A stretch of 63,730 nt of DNA, counting the filler, from Reclinomonas americana ATCC 50394 (lineage: Eukaryota): NCBI GenBank assembly GCA_048213135.1. It is 4 parts of one record of this genome, joined end to end, with 100 filler letters (N's around TTAATTAATTAA, not from the genome) between each part and the next. Parts side by side here need not be neighbours in the genome. Positions count along the whole stretch, not along the records: positions 58,677 to 63,730 come from PS015028.1; 3 more parts are not named here. One strand, given 5' to 3'. Each line of letters begins with the position of its first letter. The first letter of the stretch is position 1. Under the pieces are notes generated by a model, which ran no database searches, had not been told where the DNA came from, and saw only the letters and a list, made by a program, of their open reading frames with translations. Shown here piece by piece: positions 61,601-63,730 of the stretch. The position numbers and the translations under genes are program-made.

Positions 61601-63730
61601 AGACAAGTTGTGCGAGCGTATGTGTGTGTGAATGCACACCTTCGCTAATTACAAATGAACTTGTGGCTGAGCCACCGGCGCCGTCGCTGACCGTCACTGT
61701 CACTTGCAGGCCGTTGCCAGTGAGACCGGCCACATTGGCACGGAGACTGTTGCCGCTAATGTTGAACATGGACTGATTGGCGCCTCCAGTGACAGCGTAC
61801 GTCAGCGTCTGGCCCGTGTTCACGTCGCTTGACGAGAGCAGGCCAATGACACCGTTGAGTGCCAGCGGAGGAATGTAGGTGTTGGTCGAGAGGGTGGGAT
61901 CAGTTGGAGACACATTGGCTGCGATTCACGTGAGTATGGCAAACATGATACGCACGATGGTAATGCGAATCACCTTCGTTGATGAGGAAAGTACTCGAAT
62001 TGCTGCCTCCTGCGCCGTCGGAGACAGTGACCGTGACTTGCAGGCCGCTGCCGGTGAGGCCTGCGACAGCGGAGACAAGATCGGAGCCGACAAGCGAGAA
62101 GGAGGCCTGTGCGGTACCGCCGGTGATGGTGAACGACAGCGTCTGCCCAGTGTTCACATCGGTGGCGGCGAGTNNNNNNNNNNNNNNNNNNNNNNNNNNN
62201 NNNNNNNNNNNNNNNNNNNNNNNNNNNNNNNNNNNNNNNNNNNNNNNNNNNNNNNNNNNNNNNNNNNNNNNNNNNNNNNNNNNNNNNNNNNNNNNNNNNN
62301 NNNNNNNNNNNNNNNNNNNNNNNNNNNNNNNNNNNNNNNNNNNNNNNNNNNNNNNNNNNNNNNNNNNNNNNNNNNNNNNNNNNNNNNNNNNNNNNNNNNN
62401 NNNNNNNNNNNNNNNNNNNNNNNNNNNNNNNNNNNNNNNNNNNNNNNNNNNNNNNNNNNNNNNNNNNNNNNNNNNNNNNNNNNNNNNNNNNNNNNNNNNN
62501 NNNNNNNNNNNNNNNNNNNNNNNNNNNNNNNNNNNNNNNNNNNNNNNNNNNNNNNNNNNNNNNNNNNNNNNNNNNNNNNNNNNNNNNNNNNNNNNNNNNN
62601 NNNNNNNNNNNNNNNNNNNNNNNNNNNNNNNNNNNNNNNNNNNNNNNNNNNNNNNNNNNNNNNNNNNNNNNNNNNNNNNNNNNNNNNNNNNNNNNNNNNN
62701 NNNNNNNNNNNNNNNNNNNNNNNNNNNNNNNNNNNNNNNNNNNNNNNNNNNNNNNNNNNNNNNNNNNNNNNNNNNNNNNNNNNNNNNNNNNNNNNNNNNN
62801 NNNNNNNNNNNNNNNNNNNNNNNNNNNNNNNNNNNNNNNNNNNNNNNNNNNNNNNNNNNNNNNNNNNNNNNNNNNNNNNNNNNNNNNNNNNNNNNNNNNN
62901 NNNNNNNNNNNNNNNNNNNNNNNNNNNNNNNNNNNNNNNNNNNNNNNNNNNNNNNNNNNNNNNNNNNNNNNNNNNNNNNNNNNNNNNNNNNNNNNNNNNN
63001 NNNNNNNNNNNNNNNNNNNNNNNNNNNNNNNNNNNNNNNNNNNNNNNNNNNNNNNNNNNNTTGAGTTACTCACGCCGTCTGTGTGCAGCCAATGTGTCGC
63101 CGTCGTCGCCGGTGCTGTCGACCCTGGTGTACCAGCCACCTCTCGCTCTCCATGGAACTATTGGCACGCTGTCGGCGACCGACGTGAACACGGGCCAGAC
63201 ACTGTCGTTCTCCATCACTGGCGGTGCCGATCAGGCGTCGTTTGAGATCAATGGAACCACTCTGCGCTCCAGTGTCGCGGGTCTGGTGGGCTNNNNNNNN
63301 NNNNNNNNNNNNNNNNNNNNNNNNNNNNNNNNNNNNNNNNNNNNNNNNNNNNNNNNNNNNNNNNNNNNNNNNNNNNNNNNNNNNNNNNNNNNNNNNNNNN
63401 NNNNNNNNNNNNNNNNNNNNNNNNNNNNNNNNNNNNNNNNNNNNNNNNNNNNNNNNNNNNNNNNNNNNNNNNNNNNNNNNNNNNNNNNNNNNNNNNNNNN
63501 NNNNNNNNNNNNNNNNNNNNNNNNNNNNNNNNNNNNNNNNNNNNNNNNNNNNNNNNNNNNNNNNNNNNNNNNNNAGAGCCATGTCCACGGGGCCAACTGC
63601 GGAGTGTGAGAAATCAGCAAAGAGAAAGCTCAAACCATGGAGAAAGACAACGCACTTGATGTGATAGTGAATGTGGCCTGTGACGATCCACCGGCACCGT
63701 CGCTTACCGTCACGACGACTTGCAGACTCG
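58677..63730 (+). CDS. Large tandem-repeat protein with cadherin-like beta-sandwich repeats, one 93-aa repeat per exon; contigs 61598-62173 and 63575-63730 are flipped
   Basis: At least 10 copies of xNVPPSAPTLS...PPLALNGVIGxLSSTDxNTGQTLTFSIxGGAxQAxFxISGxxLRSNVAGLxGxxLxVxVxVSDGAGG...FxISE. Confidence 0.8.

Overview
Gappy eukaryotic draft sequence from an intron-rich, GC-rich, gene-dense protist-like organism. I infer it is flagellated and mitochondriate; I could not identify the species. Three artificial TTAATTAATTAA/N spacers show the window is four concatenated scaffolds, and several small contigs are flipped relative to their genes. About 22 multi-exon genes or gene fragments are readable, with introns mostly 55-90 nt. 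They include an ankyrin-PH protein, WD40 and F-box/WD40 proteins, mitochondrial RbfA, a four-domain EEEE voltage-gated Ca2+ channel, an atypical E2F7/8-DEL factor, cysteine dioxygenase, GAR1, prefoldin 4, mitochondrial ACP, an STPG/SHIPPO-repeat protein, STI1/HOP, TAF11, an aldo-keto reductase, TFIIIC-102 and a cadherin-like tandem-repeat protein. The strongest signals concern splicing. (1) At least 20 introns use a non-standard donor, GTTGCGT/GTTGAGT, almost always after a non-G exon base, which looks like a +1-shifted copy of the organism's normal G|GTGCGT donor. (2) The channel gene has two U12-type introns (one AT-AC, one GT-AG), apparently at the positions of the minor introns in animal Cav genes. 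Gene models were built by eye, so exon boundaries are unverified.
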